From assembly GCA_002104945.1 (NCBI GenBank), contig MCFH01000008.1, positions 434,001 to 498,000 on the forward strand: a DNA stretch of 64,000 bases, in the 5' to 3' direction. Both the position numbers and the translations under genes were made by a program. Each line of letters opens with the position of its first letter. Position 1 is the first letter of the stretch. This DNA comes from Piromyces finnis finn. Its lineage: Eukaryota > Fungi > Neocallimastigomycota. The notes beneath the pieces are model-generated. The model worked only from the letters and a program-made list of their open reading frames with translations, did no database searches and was not told the origin of the DNA. Shown piece by piece: positions 60,927-64,000 of the stretch.

Positions 60927-62754
60927 ATGAAACGAAGTAGTGAATACTCTTCTCAAAGCCAAGATAATCATAAAAAACAAAGATTTAATCAAAATTCATA
61001 TTCTTCTTATTCCTCAAATAATAATTCAAACCTTGGAATGGGTTTTTCTCAAAACAGTACTAATCAAGAATATTATTCACAATTAAGACAACAACAATAC
61101 ATGAGCAATTCAAATCAATACTCTCAAAACGGTGTATCCTCTGGTACTTCCCAGTACACTTCCATGGCCTTCCATGGTTCACAATATCCTTCCAACTATC
61201 AATCTCAATATCAAAATGTTAATCAATATATGACTGCTAATCAATATCAATCTTCTCAATACCAACAAGGTCAATATGGTCAATCTTCTATGATGATTAA
61301 CCCATCTTTCCGTACTATTTATGTTGGTAACCTTGCTCCAGAAACTACCTATGAAGAACTTTTAAACCATGTTCGTGGTGGTATCATTGATAATGTCAAG
61401 ATTATTGAAGATAAGAACTGTGCTTTTATTACATTTGTTGAAGCTACTGCTGCTGCTGCTTTCCAACAAGATGCTAATTCTAGAAGAATTATTGTAAAAG
61501 ATAATGAATTAAAATTCAATTGGGGTAAACCATCTCAAATTTCACCAAATATTTTAGTTGCTGTTAATAATCAAGCTACTCGTACTGTTTACATTGGTAA
61601 CACTGATGAAACTGTCACAGAATCTTTCCTTCAAGAAGAATTATCCAAATTCGGTATTGTAGAATCAATTAAAATCCTTCAAGAAAAACACATTGCTTTT
61701 GTTTACATGACCAGTGTTTCATCTGCTATTAAAGCTGTTCAAACTTTACCAAACGATGCTAAATGGGCTAATCGTAGAGTTAACTATGGTAAAGATAGAT
61801 GTGCTGTTCCAATTAAGCCAAATCCAAATATGATGTATGGAAATGGTTATTCTCAATACGGAAATCCAATGAATTACCAATCTATGGGTTTCGATATGTT
61901 TAACGGTCAAAACTCTGTATCCCCAGTTATGATTAATAGTAATCCATCAAATAATAGAACTATCTTCCTTGGTAGTCTTCATCCAGAAACTACCACTAAG
62001 GAAATTTGTGATGTTATTCGTGGTGGTATTCTTCAAGATATTAAATATAAGCAAGATAAGGGTATTGCTTTTGTTACCTTTATTGATCCAAATGCAGCTA
62101 CTGCTTTCTTTAATAGAGCTCAAAGTGAAGGTTTAGTTATTAAGAAAAGAGTTGTAAAGGTTGGTTGGGGTAAGTTATCTACTCAACTTAATCAACAAGT
62201 AGCCAAGGCTGTTCAAAACAAGGCAAGCCGTAATGTTTACTTGGGTAGTATTAATGATACTATTACCGAAGAAAAGTTAAAGCAAGACTTTTCTGAATAT
62301 GGTGAAGTTGAATTAATAAATATCATTCCAGATAAGAGTATTGCTTTTGTCAACTTTACTGATATTTTATCTGCCGTCAAAGCTGTTGAAGGTATTCAAA
62401 ATAATGAAGACTATAAAACTTTCAAGGTTGGCTATGGTAAAGATCGTTGCGGTAATCCACCACGTGAACGTTATAAGAAAAATGATAACAATAAAATGAA
62501 TAATAATGAAGCACCAACTAATGGTTCTTCAAGTAATCAACAATTCAGTAATGGTGATGGTTCTATGAACAATCAAAGTAAGTTTTTAACATTTTTAAAT
62601 CTACTCTACTCTATTAATAATAATTAATAATCCATTTCCAAATTAGTTTATTAATGATTCTATTTCCTCTTTATATTTATATATGTAAATATTAGATTAT
62701 GAAGGCTATGATGACAACAGTTCATCAAATTTACAAGATCTTAGCAATGAATAA
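60927..62754 (+). CDS. Four-RRM RNA-binding protein of the S. pombe Nrd1 / S. cerevisiae Mrn1 family, with an N-terminal Q/N/S/Y-rich region
   Basis: Exon 1 60927-62577, exon 2 62696-62754. Duplicated RRM pairs: RTIYVGNL..RGGIIDNV..KNCAFITF..WGK / RTVYIGN..VNYGKDRC and RTIFLGSL..RGGILQ..GWGK / RNVYLG..VGYGKDRCG. Confidence 0.9.
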
Positions 62755-64000
62755 TTTATTAAAGAAGATAATAATTATAATATAAAATAAGTAGCATTAA
62801 AATATTATAATTCTGTATTTTTATTTTAATTTTATTATTATTATTTTTTTTTATTTTATTTTATTTTCCAATTTTCTTTTTAACGCACCGCAATATATTA
62901 TAAAATTTATATATAATTTATTATTCGAGAATTGAAAAGAAAAGAAAAATAAAGTAAAAAAAAAAACAAAAAAAAAAAAAAATAAAATATTTTATACTTT
63001 TTAATAATAAAATCATAAAAAAAGTTTTTTTTTTTTTTAAAAAAAAAGAATATATTTTTTATTTAAAAATTTTTATAACTCATCTTTAGAATATTATAAT
63101 ATAATATTACATAGTATAATGAATGTAGTTTTTTAGATCAAATAAATAAATCTACTTTTATATATATTTATATATATAATATTAAATACAAATCCTATTT
63201 TTATTTTTATATATAAATTTACTGATTTCATTTTGTTCATTCTCTGCTTAAGTATTGGAAATTATTATGGAAAAAAATTTAACATCTATATTAGCATAAA
63301 GTATTTAGGAATACCATAGAATCATATAAAACGTAAAAAAAAAAAAAGAAAAGTCAACGATAAGAATTTAGATACAATAAAGGAGTGAAAATGAAAAAAT
63401 AAAATGTAAAAAATATAAGAAAATAATACATATACACAATAGAAATGTAGAGTTGAGCTTCGATATACACACACACACAAAAAAAAAAAGTAAACTTTTA
63501 TATTTTTTTTTTCCCTTCCTTTTTAAATATGAATTCTTTTTTAATTTACTTTTATTAATCTTTATATATATATATATATATTTTTTTTCTTTATTAATAT
63601 TTCAAAAATCCTTTCAAATATATTTATTTTTAAAAAGTTTTCTTTCTTTTTTTAATATATATATAATGAACTGTCCTTTTTTTTTTCTTTTTTTTTTTTT
63701 TTTTTTTTTTTTTTCTTTTATTTTTCTTTTTCGAATTCTTTTTTTTTTTTATTTAAATCAATAAATAGAATTAAAAAAGATAAGAAGATAAAAAAAAAAA
63801 AAAAAAAATCATTAGAAATGTGTTAATATGACACACATATTATTCTTATTATTATTAATGAAATTCAAAGGATTTTTTCCTCTTTTCTTTTTCCGTATCC
63901 ATATTTTAATATTTTAAATTATTTAATTTTTTCAATTATAATTAAATAAATATTGAGATAGTATATTATTTTGATGTTTGTTTGTTTGTTTTTTTAAATA

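Noticed and set aside
63453-63764. 103-aa Phe-rich ORF
   Set aside because: It is a translation of poly-T/TA tracts with a TTG start.

Overview
Extremely AT-rich, intron-dense eukaryotic DNA. The near-pure A/T intergenic and intronic sequence, short GT-AG introns, fungal-type proteins and flagellar genes fit an anaerobic gut fungus (Neocallimastigomycota); this taxon call is inference. I reconstructed 16 protein-coding genes by hand-splicing: myosin V paralog A (-, runs off the left edge), Nup192/Nup205, a Yra1/ALYREF-like RRM protein, Lsg1 GTPase, a Mim1/Tom13-like protein, a kinesin-13-like motor, a ZnF-UBP deubiquitinase, Y14/RBM8A, an uncharacterised Cys-motif protein, myosin V paralog B (+), an STPG/SHIPPO-repeat protein, eIF6, a kelch-repeat multi-pass membrane protein, TatD, an EFCAB11-like EF-hand protein (six small exons; the ORF track shows only exon 1 read into its intron) and a Nrd1/Mrn1 four-RRM protein. 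Long (AAT)n and (TAAA)n microsatellites are present. I saw no tRNA, rRNA, CRISPR array or intact transposase/RT. The best leads are the two myosin V paralogs with asymmetric intron content and different loop 2, the hidden EF-hand gene, Mim1 in a probably hydrogenosomal fungus, the uncharacterised protein with possible PRAS40/S40-like motifs, the kelch-TM receptor-like protein and a nested ~134-nt hairpin at 59.4 kb. I found no clear evidence of a wholly new multi-gene system. All family calls come from motif recognition, not database searches.
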